A stretch of DNA of 49,397 bases. Origin: Lysobacterales bacterium. Its GTDB lineage: Bacteria; Pseudomonadota; Gammaproteobacteria; Xanthomonadales; SZUA-36. The notes beneath the pieces are model-generated. The model was given only the letters and a program-made list of their open reading frames with translations, had not been told where the DNA came from and searched no databases. The first letter of the stretch is position 1; each line of letters begins with the position of its first letter. The DNA is taken from assembly GCA_041570235.1 (NCBI GenBank), contig JBFFWN010000001.1:1-49397 (forward strand), in the 5' to 3' direction. The position numbers and the translations under genes are program-made. Shown in pieces: positions 39,384 through 48,049 of the stretch.

Positions 39384-41093
39384 CTATCCTCGCGTAACAA
39401 CCTCAACTTCTTCCACAAAAAAAACGCCATCCATCTCGGGATCGGTTTTCAGCGCAGCCAAGCCCCAACGCGCCCCGGTCCACCAACCAGAACGCAGCGT
39501 GTAGAGACCACCGAGTTTTTGAAATGTTTTACCATCGGTACTGAAAGAAAACTGCCCCTTCAAAATCCCATTTTCCCAGCGATCTAAATCTTCTGATTCA
39601 TAGTCTGGCAAATCGCCTTCCAAATTTACGGCTGTACCAAATCCAATATTTGGTCTGCGCACCAAAGGCAAAGGCAATTCCCCTTGCACATCCAAACGCA
39701 ACCACACCCGATTGCCCTTTATAGACTGACCATCCAATTCACGTCCGTTAAAACGCACCGATACCTTTGCAGTATTGTCTCCATGTGATTCAACACCCAA
39801 GTCGAAAGCTTTGCGCCCCAAAGCCACCAAGCTGCCGCGCAGCCCAGTTCGCGGCACATCGACTTTGGCCGTAACAGTAAAGCTGGAACCTGGAAACATT
39901 TGGTTAATCACATTCGGCATGGCTTCCAGTGGTTGCTGCGCTTCGTAAATGGCTTTGAGCGCCAGCTCTCCGTCTTTCAACTCGTACCAGTCTTTTTGTC
40001 TATTCGCTGGCCACTGCCACTGCAATCCCAACGTATCGTGTTCAAAGTCGTCTGACTTAGGAATGACAAAGCCTTTGGCCACTTTAGGTAATGGATACGC
40101 GTATTCGTGAACGGGCTCACCAATACCATCACCATCTGGGTCCACACCCGTCACTGGCCATCCGGCTTGCCAAAACGCGGGCTCAATTCGCAATATGCGC
40201 CCCAGCGTGCTGGCCGCTTGAAAATGCAGAAACCACCAGTCACCTTGCTGAGTATCCACCAGAGCACCCTGATGTGGGCCATTGATATTGGTGTTGCCGG
40301 TGTGCCCCACAGTTTTGATTTCATAAGGCCCCAAAGGGTGCTTCGAGCGCATGGCGACTTGCCAACCGGACTCCACACCCCCAGCCGGCGCTAAAATGTA
40401 AAACCAATCACCAATCTTATCAATTTTAGGCCCCTCGATGACTTGGTGAACTTGGTCTGACGGGAAGCGCGTTGGTAAAGCGGCATCGTAAATACGCTGA
40501 TGCTCGCCAATCACTTGGTTTGCACCATAGTCAATTTCGACAATATCCAAAACACTGCTGAACCCCGCCCGAGATTTGGCATAGGCATGTACCATATATG
40601 CTTTGCCACTGGCCTCATCCCAAACCACGCTGGGATCGATGACGCCTAAAGCCTCGTACACCTTGACCGGTTTTTCCCAAGGCCCTTCTGGCGAGCGCGC
40701 ACGCACACGAAACACACCAGAGTCTGGGTCACCCCAGAATATCCAATAATAACCATTGTGATACTCGAAAGAAGGGGCCCATACCCCCATACTTGGGCGA
40801 GGTTGATCGTAATCCAATTCATCCACGCTACGTCTTAAACTAGGGAAGGTAGCCGTTGGATTATGATTTACACCATGACCAATCAACCGCCAGTTGACGA
40901 GATCTTTCGAGTGGTAGATGGGTAGGCCGGGTGTCATGTTAAAGCTGGACACCGTCATATAATAGTCAGAGCCAACACGTAGCACGTCAGGGTCGGACAA
41001 GTCCATGCTGATAATTGGGTTACTGTAGTGCGGCTTATTCGCGCAAGCTAAAAACCCGAGACAAACCACAAGTAACAAGGCCAATCGATTCAT
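39384..41093 (-). CDS. Glycoside hydrolase family 43 (beta-xylosidase/alpha-L-arabinofuranosidase type) with C-terminal concanavalin-like domain
   Basis: The signal/lipobox-like N-terminus MNRLALLLVVCLGFLAC is followed by NPIISMDLSDPDVLRVGSDYYMTVSSF...PGLPIYHSKDLVNW (the GH43 catalytic-Asp region) and later WAPS...G.YW and EGP motifs. Confidence 0.85.
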   Translation of the reverse strand: MNRLALLLVVCLGFLACANKPHYSNPIISMDLSDPDVLRVGSDYYMTVSSFNMTPGLPIYHSKDLVNWRLIGHGVNHNPTATFPSLRRSVDELDYDQPRPSMGVWAPSFEYHNGYYWIFWGDPDSGVFRVRARSPEGPWEKPVKVYEALGVIDPSVVWDEASGKAYMVHAYAKSRAGFSSVLDIVEIDYGANQVIGEHQRIYDAALPTRFPSDQVHQVIEGPKIDKIGDWFYILAPAGGVESGWQVAMRSKHPLGPYEIKTVGHTGNTNINGPHQGALVDTQQGDWWFLHFQAASTLGRILRIEPAFWQAGWPVTGVDPDGDGIGEPVHEYAYPLPKVAKGFVIPKSDDFEHDTLGLQWQWPANRQKDWYELKDGELALKAIYEAQQPLEAMPNVINQMFPGSSFTVTAKVDVPRTGLRGSLVALGRKAFDLGVESHGDNTAKVSVRFNGRELDGQSIKGNRVWLRLDVQGELPLPLVRRPNIGFGTAVNLEGDLPDYESEDLDRWENGILKGQFSFSTDGKTFQKLGGLYTLRSGWWTGARWGLAALKTDPEMDGVFFVEEVEVVTRG

Positions 41094-41323
41094 TCGAACA
41101 CCACAACCGCATTTAAGCATAAACGGACATCCACATTTTGAACTGTTCTTTATCGTATACGTTTTTCAATGTTGAATAGCAAATCATTGATAATGATGCA
41201 GACCTATAAAATCGGTCCGTTCAACCAAAGATTTAAAGAAGCTCTCAACCGAGAAGATCGAAGAATATCATACCACTAGATGTTAAACACTTGATGTGCG
41301 GAGGCCGGAGTGCCGGATGGGGA

Positions 41324-41602
41324 TCAGCGGTAGCTGTCGTCTGCTCGCTCCATCATAAAATCGATGGCACGACTGTACTCTTGCTTAAATACTTGACGAT
41401 AATGATAGGTTTTCTCCTCATCGCCAGAACGCTCATAAAATCTGATTAAGCGATTCAAAACCCTGATATCTGGCGTGACATTTAATTCTTCATATAATGC
41501 AGCCACGTGCTGAAGGCTGGGCTGGGCTTTTTCATGGTCTTCCAACCAAAAATAACGATTCAGCAGCTCATGGTCCGATGCCAAAGTGGGTTTGCCAAGC
41601 AT
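41324..41602 (-). CDS. Hypothetical 92-aa protein (possibly a gene fragment)
   Basis: An ATG-initiated ORF with no recognisable motif, lying in a patch of gene remnants. Confidence 0.3.
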   Translation of the reverse strand: MLGKPTLASDHELLNRYFWLEDHEKAQPSLQHVAALYEELNVTPDIRVLNRLIRFYERSGDEEKTYHYRQVFKQEYSRAIDFMMERADDSYR

Positions 41603-41799
41603 GTCGAGGTATTGCTAAGCGCCAGTGATCTACAGCGCTTAACGGCCGCCATTGCAACGGAAATTGTGATCGACCAAAATGGCGGATATTCTGCCCTGAA
41701 CGTATCCACCTTCAAGGATGGCATGCTACTTTCTATGGCGGATGTGAATGATTATACCGGGTTCCTGTTCACCGATGAGACGGCGGAAATCTATTTTGA

Positions 41800-42132
41800 T
41801 TCCAGCAATGCATTGCGATCCTGGTTGATGTGGCGAACAAGCACCCCGAGGTTATCAAGGGCAATCCGCAACTGCCCGATCCTTATGTGCTGTTTTTGAA
41901 TTTCGGTGACAGCTCACTCAATTTCGAGCTGCGTGCCATCATCAAGGATATCAACCGGCGTCTTCACGTCATCAGCGACCTCAATCGCGCCGTCAATGCC
42001 GAGTTTAACAAGCAGGGTATCCAGATACCTTTTCCCCAGCGCGATATTCATATTCGCGGACCCTTGCAAATGGAGGCCGATTCCACAACCCCATCTCAGG
42101 AACCGGATGGCAATGAGTTGCCTCAAAAATAG
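41800..42132 (+). pseudogene. C-terminal remnant of an MscS-family mechanosensitive channel
   Basis: IAILVDVANKHPEVIKGNPQLPDPYVLFLNFGDSSLNFELRAIIKDI....VISDLNRAVNAEFNKQGIQIPFPQRDIHI matches only the cytoplasmic C-terminal domain of MscS/MscK proteins. An in-frame stop at 41797-41799 and the absence of any upstream TM region show that the 5' part is missing. Confidence 0.6.
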
Positions 42133-42305
42133 CTTACCTTCAGCAGCAGTTAGATTGGCGAAGGGCGGCCCTTGCCTGTGTTGACCAGTTTGCACGCCAT
42201 TTCAATTGAACGTGTGAATGGCTTTTTGGCACTTTGAGTTTTAAATAATGATAGCGTTTATTTTACTCTATACTAGTTTTATAAAGGTACTAAGGAGCGC
42301 TCAAA

Positions 42306-43784
42306 ATGGACAGACGCAGATTCTGTAAAAACACACTCGCGGCCGCTGTTGCAGCCACACTTCCGGTACTCACGGCCTGCGGCGAAAAAGCAAAAGTCGC
42401 GACCGAGGTGGATACAGGTATTTTGGGCGTATCGCTTGATGGTGCCGAAATCCAACTCGAAAAAGCCGCCATCAAGGAACTTGGTGAGTCGATGACCGGG
42501 CCCGTGATGTTGTCGGGACATCCCGATTACGATGGCGCAAGAACCATCTGGAATGGCATGCACGACAAACGACCAGCGCTTATTGCGCGATGCCTGAGTA
42601 ACGAGGATGTGTCGAACGCCGTGACTTTTGCCCGCGAGCGCAACCTGCTGACAGCTGTTCGCGGCGGTGGCCATAGCTGGCCCGGCAAGTCGGTTTGTGA
42701 TGGTGGTCTGATGATCGACCTGTCGCAACTCACGCATGTTGCGGTCGATGCCGAAGCTCAGCGGGCCCATGCGGGTGGCGGTGCGTTGCTCGGCTATCTG
42801 GACCAGGCTACATTGGCACATGGGCTTGTAACAACAGCCGGTGTTGTGTCGCACACAGGTGTAGGTGGCTTCACGCTCGGTGGTGGCTTCGGACGTCTGA
42901 ACCGTAAGTACGGTCTGGCAATTGATAACCTGAAGTCTGCGGAGATTGTTACCGCCGACGGGCAGGTTCGCACCGCGAGCGCCAACGAGAATCAAGACCT
43001 CTACTGGGCGATTCGGGGTGGCAATGGAAACTTCGGCGTCGCCACCAGCTTTGAGTATCAGCTGCACCCGTTTGACCGAAATGTCCTGTCCGGCAGCATT
43101 GTTTGGCCCTACGAGCAGGCACGAGAGGTGCTCGAGTTCTACGCCGAGTGGTCTGAGAAACTATCCGATGAGATGTACGTTGGCCCAACTACCGCGACGA
43201 CGCCAGACGGCGTGCGCGTCATCATGATGGATGTCGTTTACAACGGCGACCCGGCTGCGGGTGAGAAGGAGCTAGCGCCGCTACGCGCTATCGGCACGCC
43301 GATGGTGGATGGTGTGGTTGCACAGGACTATTCGGTTTTGCAGACGAATAACGATGCCGCGTTTGGTCATGGCATTCGCTCTTACGCCAAGAACGGCATG
43401 GTTAAGCAGTGGTCGCAGGAACTAATTGATGTCATGGTTGAGAATGATGATCCCCGCATCTTTATCGCTAACCATGTGGCCGGCGGCGCAGTGAGGCGTG
43501 TCGGGGAACTGGACACAGCCTTCCCGCACCGCAACGCAGAAATTATGATCGTCGTGGTCGCCGGATGGATGGATGCGGCACAGGATGACGGCCTCATTGC
43601 GGCGTGCCGTGACTACCACAAGGCAATTGAACCTCATCTGGGTGGTTATTATGGCAACATCGACTTCGACCAGACAGCGGCGAAGGGTAACTACGGCCCG
43701 GCTTACGAAAGACTGTCGCAAATCAAGGGCAAGTACGATCCTGGTAACCTGTTCCGCCTGAACAGCAACATCGAGCCAGCCTAG
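42306..43784 (+). CDS. Tat-exported FAD-binding oxidoreductase (FAD_binding_4 / BBE-like C-terminus)
   Basis: Twin-arginine signal MDRRRFCKNTLAAAVAATLPVLTAC, the PCMH-type FAD domain (VRGGGHS, GGG.LG.L...T..HGL....G....VGV.G..LGGG.G), and a C-terminal KYDP.NLFR.N.NI (BBE) motif. AAGGAG lies 8 nt upstream. Confidence 0.82.
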   Translation: MDRRRFCKNTLAAAVAATLPVLTACGEKAKVATEVDTGILGVSLDGAEIQLEKAAIKELGESMTGPVMLSGHPDYDGARTIWNGMHDKRPALIARCLSNEDVSNAVTFARERNLLTAVRGGGHSWPGKSVCDGGLMIDLSQLTHVAVDAEAQRAHAGGGALLGYLDQATLAHGLVTTAGVVSHTGVGGFTLGGGFGRLNRKYGLAIDNLKSAEIVTADGQVRTASANENQDLYWAIRGGNGNFGVATSFEYQLHPFDRNVLSGSIVWPYEQAREVLEFYAEWSEKLSDEMYVGPTTATTPDGVRVIMMDVVYNGDPAAGEKELAPLRAIGTPMVDGVVAQDYSVLQTNNDAAFGHGIRSYAKNGMVKQWSQELIDVMVENDDPRIFIANHVAGGAVRRVGELDTAFPHRNAEIMIVVVAGWMDAAQDDGLIAACRDYHKAIEPHLGGYYGNIDFDQTAAKGNYGPAYERLSQIKGKYDPGNLFRLNSNIEPA

Positions 43785-43826
43785 CTTCCTCACGGAGGCA
43801 AAAGACGATAAAAGGCGAGCTCATTC

Positions 43827-43916
43827 GGGGGACAGTTTACATAATTCTCAGGGGTTTCAGCGGCTTTTTCCGACTAATTTAGTTTCCCATGATACCCATT
43901 TAAGTAAACTGTCCCC
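43827..43916. mobile_element. MITE-like element copy 2
   Basis: GGGGGACAGTTTACATAA ... TTAAGTAAACTGTCCCC. It has the same length, orientation and internal sequence (TTTCAGCGGCTTTTT.CGAC.AATTTAGTTT) as copy 1. Confidence 0.7.
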
Positions 43917-44010
43917 TGATACCTGCTGCAGGTTAGATCTATTCCTGGCGATAAACTGAACTCAGCAAGGGCCGAGTCAGTCAGAATGATTGACACTGGG
44001 CAAAAATCTG

Positions 44011-45228
44011 ATGCAGACGCATGATTTTTTTCTATACCTGCTGATCATTCTTTTGACAGCACGGATATTCGCCGAACTGGCTACCCGATGGATGGCGCCA
44101 TCTGTCATCGGGGAGCTTTTTGCAGGTATTGTACTGGGGCCCAGCCTGATGGGCTGGATCGAACCGCTCGAAACCATCAGGCTTATGGCGGAGATCGGCA
44201 TTATCCTGTTGTTGTTCGAAGTCGGTCTCGGGACCGATGTCAAACGCTTGGTGAGCACCGGTTTTAAATCCATCGTAGTCGCAATTTCAGGCTTCTTACT
44301 ACCACTTATCCTCGGTTCTATACTGGGTTACCGGGTATTCGGGTTACCCTTGCTGACCTCCCTGTTTATTGGTGGCACCCTGACGGCCACCAGTATCGGC
44401 ATCACGGTGCGTGTGTTGCGAGATGTCAAACGCCAGCATTCACCCGAGGGCCATATCGTTCTCGGTGCGGCGGTGTTGGACGACGTGCTGGGCGTTGTAC
44501 TTCTTGCCCTGCTCTACGAGTTCTCCATCGGTGGTGGTGTCAGCCTGATCAATGCGGGTAAGGTATTCGCTTTTGTTGCGACATTTTTCATCCTTGCACC
44601 AATGGCCGCCAAGTTAATCTCGTTGGTGATCAGACGGTTTGAAAAAGTCAGCAGAATACCCGGCCTGCTACCCACCTCGATTATTTCATTGATATTTTTC
44701 TTCGCCTGGCTGGCACATGCCCTCGGTGCCCCTGAAATTCTGGGCGGGTTTGCTGCGGGTCTTGCCCTTTCACGGCGATTCTTTATGCCCCTCGGTATCG
44801 CACTGCATACCCACGAGCGCTTTGCGCGTCGCATCGAGGCGCAGATGCGACCCATCGTGCAATTGTTTACACCGATTTTTTTTGTCTATGTCGGGCTTTC
44901 ACTTAACCTTAGAGAAATCGACTGGAGCTCTGTTTTCATCTGGCAGTTCTCCCTTGCCCTGCTGCTGGTCGCAGTGGCAGGCAAAGTCGCGGGTGTCTAC
45001 CTGATCAGGGTGCCATCGGCAGCACGCTGGATGATTGGTCTGTCCATGATTCCACGTGGGGAAGTCGGACTGATATTTGCTGAGCTTGGCCGGGGCAGCG
45101 GTATATTTAATAATGAAATTTATGCAGGCTTGATTATAGTGATTGCCGTTTCAACCCTGCTGCCTCCGTTTGCCCTGCAATGGCTTTATCAGCACTACGG
45201 TGATCGTCTGGAAAGCACGCCCTTATAG
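44011..45228 (+). CDS. Cation:proton antiporter (CPA family Na+/H+ or K+/H+ exchanger)
   Basis: About 405 aa with about 12 TM helices and an N-terminus (LLIILLTARIFAELATRWMAPSVIGELFAGIVLGPS) typical of Kef/NapA-type exchangers. The ATG at 44011 is preferred to the TTG at 43990. Confidence 0.85.
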   Translation: MQTHDFFLYLLIILLTARIFAELATRWMAPSVIGELFAGIVLGPSLMGWIEPLETIRLMAEIGIILLLFEVGLGTDVKRLVSTGFKSIVVAISGFLLPLILGSILGYRVFGLPLLTSLFIGGTLTATSIGITVRVLRDVKRQHSPEGHIVLGAAVLDDVLGVVLLALLYEFSIGGGVSLINAGKVFAFVATFFILAPMAAKLISLVIRRFEKVSRIPGLLPTSIISLIFFFAWLAHALGAPEILGGFAAGLALSRRFFMPLGIALHTHERFARRIEAQMRPIVQLFTPIFFVYVGLSLNLREIDWSSVFIWQFSLALLLVAVAGKVAGVYLIRVPSAARWMIGLSMIPRGEVGLIFAELGRGSGIFNNEIYAGLIIVIAVSTLLPPFALQWLYQHYGDRLESTPL

Positions 45229-45494
45229 TGAGTGCCCGGGCCAGTCAGGTTTACAACCGTAGGATCTTGAGCATAGACAGCCTTAAAACCATATCGCCAG
45301 AAATCTGCATTTTAGCCATGGCGCGTGGCATCTTGACTGGCACTGCTTCAGTAAAAGGCCTCGCGAGATTCAGTTCACTCTACCTACAGTAATTTGAGAA
45401 TATGTCCATTGGTCACTCCCGCATATGGTTTTAGCTGGTCTGCAGTCATGCTGATGGCTGGCCTGTTCCGCTCATTGCAGAATTACTGACGGCA

Positions 45495-45815
45495 TTGATT
45501 GACTATAAAAAGGGAAAGCGCTTGAGTATTCCAGAAATTGTTGCAGACCCCAAAACGCTTGAGGAGTTTATAACGAGGTATTATGCCGCGTTCATTTTGA
45601 TGAGAAAGGGTGAAATTGATCAAGTTATCGACATCATCGGTGATGGCAAGGACTTTGTGAAAAAGAGGTTATTTAGCAGGTTTTGGGCTGGTGACGAGTT
45701 CCGCCAGCAAGCCATACAAGAAGGCCTGGTCGACTATTGGCGGCAGAGCGGCAATTGGGGCGATATGTGCCGCCCGCTGGGAGAAGACGACTTTGAGTGT
45801 GGTGTATTTGAGTAA
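45495..45815 (+). CDS. Hypothetical protein, possibly a C-terminal gene remnant
   Basis: A TTG-initiated 106-aa ORF. Its ending, GLVDYWRQSGNWGDMCRPLGEDDFEC, resembles from memory the C-terminal tails of larger TPR/regulator proteins. It has no RBS or partner gene, and 250 nt of non-coding DNA lie upstream. Confidence 0.3.
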   Translation: MIDYKKGKRLSIPEIVADPKTLEEFITRYYAAFILMRKGEIDQVIDIIGDGKDFVKKRLFSRFWAGDEFRQQAIQEGLVDYWRQSGNWGDMCRPLGEDDFECGVFE

Positions 45816-45911
45816 ACCTGGCACTTGACTCTGACCCCAGTTATTCCGACCCGATTGAATGCCATAGGGAAGCTGACGACTGGTCTCCGGCAACTAACCC
45901 TGGATATTGAT

Positions 45912-46796
45912 TTACATGGCTTCATATTCGGCAGCCTGTTTAGTCGACTTTATCCGGGATGACAGGTTCATACACTCCGCCTCGCGGCCCCGCACCACGC
46001 GCTGACCCTCCATCGGGCCGGACGTCTCGGTAACCACGGTGCATTGGGCTTCGGGTCCGTGGTTGGTGTGGAAATAAAGCACGACCCAGTCGTTTGTCTT
46101 GCCGAGCTCATGCGCCCGGGCGGTATTCGAGAACAATGCTGTGAAATGCCAGTCCTGGCGCTGGGTATGAAGAATGGGTAACCAGGCCTCGCCGGATGGA
46201 TTGAAACGCTGCGGGGCGATCTTGCGCAGCTTTCCTTTTGCCGCCTGTTCGCGGTATTCCCGGTCGACGTCTAATAACAGCTCGACACCGGGGTCGCTGA
46301 CTGGGCCTCGAGCCCGGGCAGGTCGTCGTTGCAGCATGTGGCCCAGGGCCGCGGTGATCATCCGTGCCCTTCGGGTTCCCACCCCCGGCACCTGCTCCAA
46401 TCGCCCATCATGGGCTGCCAGTTCCAGTTCAGCCAGCGTATCGACCTCAAGCGACTCGTGGATATGCCGGGCCAGTCCCGGGCCAATGCCCGGAATGGAT
46501 TGAAAAACCTGCTCCGGGTCGAGTGAGCCGCGTAATCGTTCCAATTGCATCCAGCGCCCGGTACGAAGCATCTCCTGGATGGCCAAAGCTATTGAACGCC
46601 CAATTGCGGGCAGCTGTTCGAGACCCTCGATTCCCTCGCGTTCGGCCAGCACGCTAAGCTCCTCTTGATGAGCAGATACCGTTCGTGCCGCACGGCGATA
46701 GGCGTTCACGCGGAACGGGTTGGCATTCTGCTGCTCCAGCAGATCAGCAATCTCCTGGAGCTTTTCGGCGATGGCCCGGTTGTCCCAGTTTTGCAT
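45912..46796 (-). CDS. PolX-like helix-hairpin-helix protein lacking a polymerase palm, fused to an uncharacterised C-terminal domain
   Basis: Residues 1-85 match the Pol beta/PolX 8-kDa domain pattern (N..IAEKL.EIADLLE....NPFRVNAYRRAA..V......L.........L..LP.IG..IA..I.E.L.TG). Two further HhH motifs follow (IPGIGPGLA, VPGVGTRRA). I see no GS.RRG...DxD nucleotidyltransferase motif. The C-terminal ~110 aa are unrelated to PolX. Confidence 0.7.
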   Translation of the reverse strand: MQNWDNRAIAEKLQEIADLLEQQNANPFRVNAYRRAARTVSAHQEELSVLAEREGIEGLEQLPAIGRSIALAIQEMLRTGRWMQLERLRGSLDPEQVFQSIPGIGPGLARHIHESLEVDTLAELELAAHDGRLEQVPGVGTRRARMITAALGHMLQRRPARARGPVSDPGVELLLDVDREYREQAAKGKLRKIAPQRFNPSGEAWLPILHTQRQDWHFTALFSNTARAHELGKTNDWVVLYFHTNHGPEAQCTVVTETSGPMEGQRVVRGREAECMNLSSRIKSTKQAAEYEAM

Positions 46797-46972
46797 TACG
46801 TTGATCCTCTGAAGGTTGATTTACATCAATGCCAATATCTTAGACTTCATCCATATTTGTTTTGTTTCGTATCGTTTTTTTCTGACATTCCAAAAGAGCG
46901 TAATGAGAGATAAAGATGCGTCGTTACTCGAGCTCAGTGACTTCATTCGCGCAATCGGGGAAATGGTAAAGA

Positions 46973-47563
46973 ATGTCTGACTTGCAAGCTATCGCGCAGG
47001 AGATCAGGGTCTGCACCCTGTGTCCGCTCGCAAATAGCCGGTCGCTCGCAGTACCGGGAGAAGGGCCGCCCTCGGCAAGATTGATGTTCATCGGCGAAGC
47101 GCCCGGAAAGAAGGAGGACCTGCAGGGCAAGCCTTTTGTCGGCCATGCCGGCAACGTGCTAAACCGGGCTTTACTGAACGCAGGGATTAAGCGAAGCGAG
47201 GTGTTTTTAACCAGTGTGGTCAAGTGCCGGCCGCCAAACAATCGTGTACCCGGGCAAAGTGAAATCCATTCATGTATCACCGCGCATTTACAACGCCAGA
47301 TCCGTTTGATAGATCCAGAGATCATTTGTCTGCTGGGCGCCATCGCAACCAGGGCCCTGCTGGGCTTAAGTCCGCTCAAAGCTGTACGTGGCCAATGGAT
47401 CGTGAAAGAACGCAGGTATTTTGCGACTTATCACCCGGCAGGCGCCGGGCGCAGCCATTCCTGGAACAATTTATTTCAGGCGGATATCAGAAAACTCGGG
47501 GCCTTCCTGGCAAACAATAAGCAGGAAATTGCACCAATGAGCACTGGCTCTGGACCCACCTGA
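46973..47563 (+). CDS. Uracil-DNA glycosylase, family 4
   Basis: C.LC.L...R...VPGEG...A.LMFIGEAPG..ED..G.PFVG.AG..L (family-4 motif A with Fe-S cysteines) and the later HP motif (TYHPA). Confidence 0.88.
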   Translation: MSDLQAIAQEIRVCTLCPLANSRSLAVPGEGPPSARLMFIGEAPGKKEDLQGKPFVGHAGNVLNRALLNAGIKRSEVFLTSVVKCRPPNNRVPGQSEIHSCITAHLQRQIRLIDPEIICLLGAIATRALLGLSPLKAVRGQWIVKERRYFATYHPAGAGRSHSWNNLFQADIRKLGAFLANNKQEIAPMSTGSGPT

Positions 47564-47660
47564 AAACTACAGGACGTTCCATTCCGCCTTTTTACTTTAA
47601 TGGAACCGCCCGTTCCAATCGTTCCACGGTACGTTCAACTCGCTTAGCCGGACTCACTCA

Positions 47661-47924
47661 CTATAAACGGCTGGCTATTTTCTTGAAGCCGTCGCGGATT
47701 TCTTCGCCAAGCAATTTTACTGCAGCACCCATTTCACGGGAGGCTTCAGCGGTGGCGCCACCGAGGTCTTTCACCCGAGACTCAAACTTACCCAGCTTGG
47801 CCTCAAGCTTTTGCCACTCCTCGCTGGTTTCCAGTTTTGCGAGATGCAACCTGACGTGCAGTTCATCACGCTCCTGTTTTAAGTCATTGAGCATTTCTTC
47901 GATACGATCTTTCATGTCGTTCAT
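47661..47924 (-). CDS. Hypothetical small coiled-coil protein
   Basis: An 87-aa ATG-initiated ORF, highly charged and helical (E/K/L-rich). No family was recognised. Confidence 0.4.
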   Translation of the reverse strand: MNDMKDRIEEMLNDLKQERDELHVRLHLAKLETSEEWQKLEAKLGKFESRVKDLGGATAEASREMGAAVKLLGEEIRDGFKKIASRL

Positions 47925-48049
47925 GTCGTACTCCTGTCACTGTCGATTCTCAATATAAACGCATTCTTCATGCATGTATTGATCTTGGTCAAGCAAAACG
48001 ACAAAAATCGCGGAACAAAAATCGCGAAACCCACAATTCATCAATTGTT

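Noticed and set aside
31152-45500. A classical tRNA-integrated island with attL/attR (direct repeat of the tRNA-Lys 3' end)
   Set aside because: I looked for GGTTCGAATCCTACACGACCCACCA or substantial parts of it near 41100-41320, 43790-44010 and 45230-45500 and did not see it. No integrase is present either. The island is better described as MITE-bounded and mosaic.
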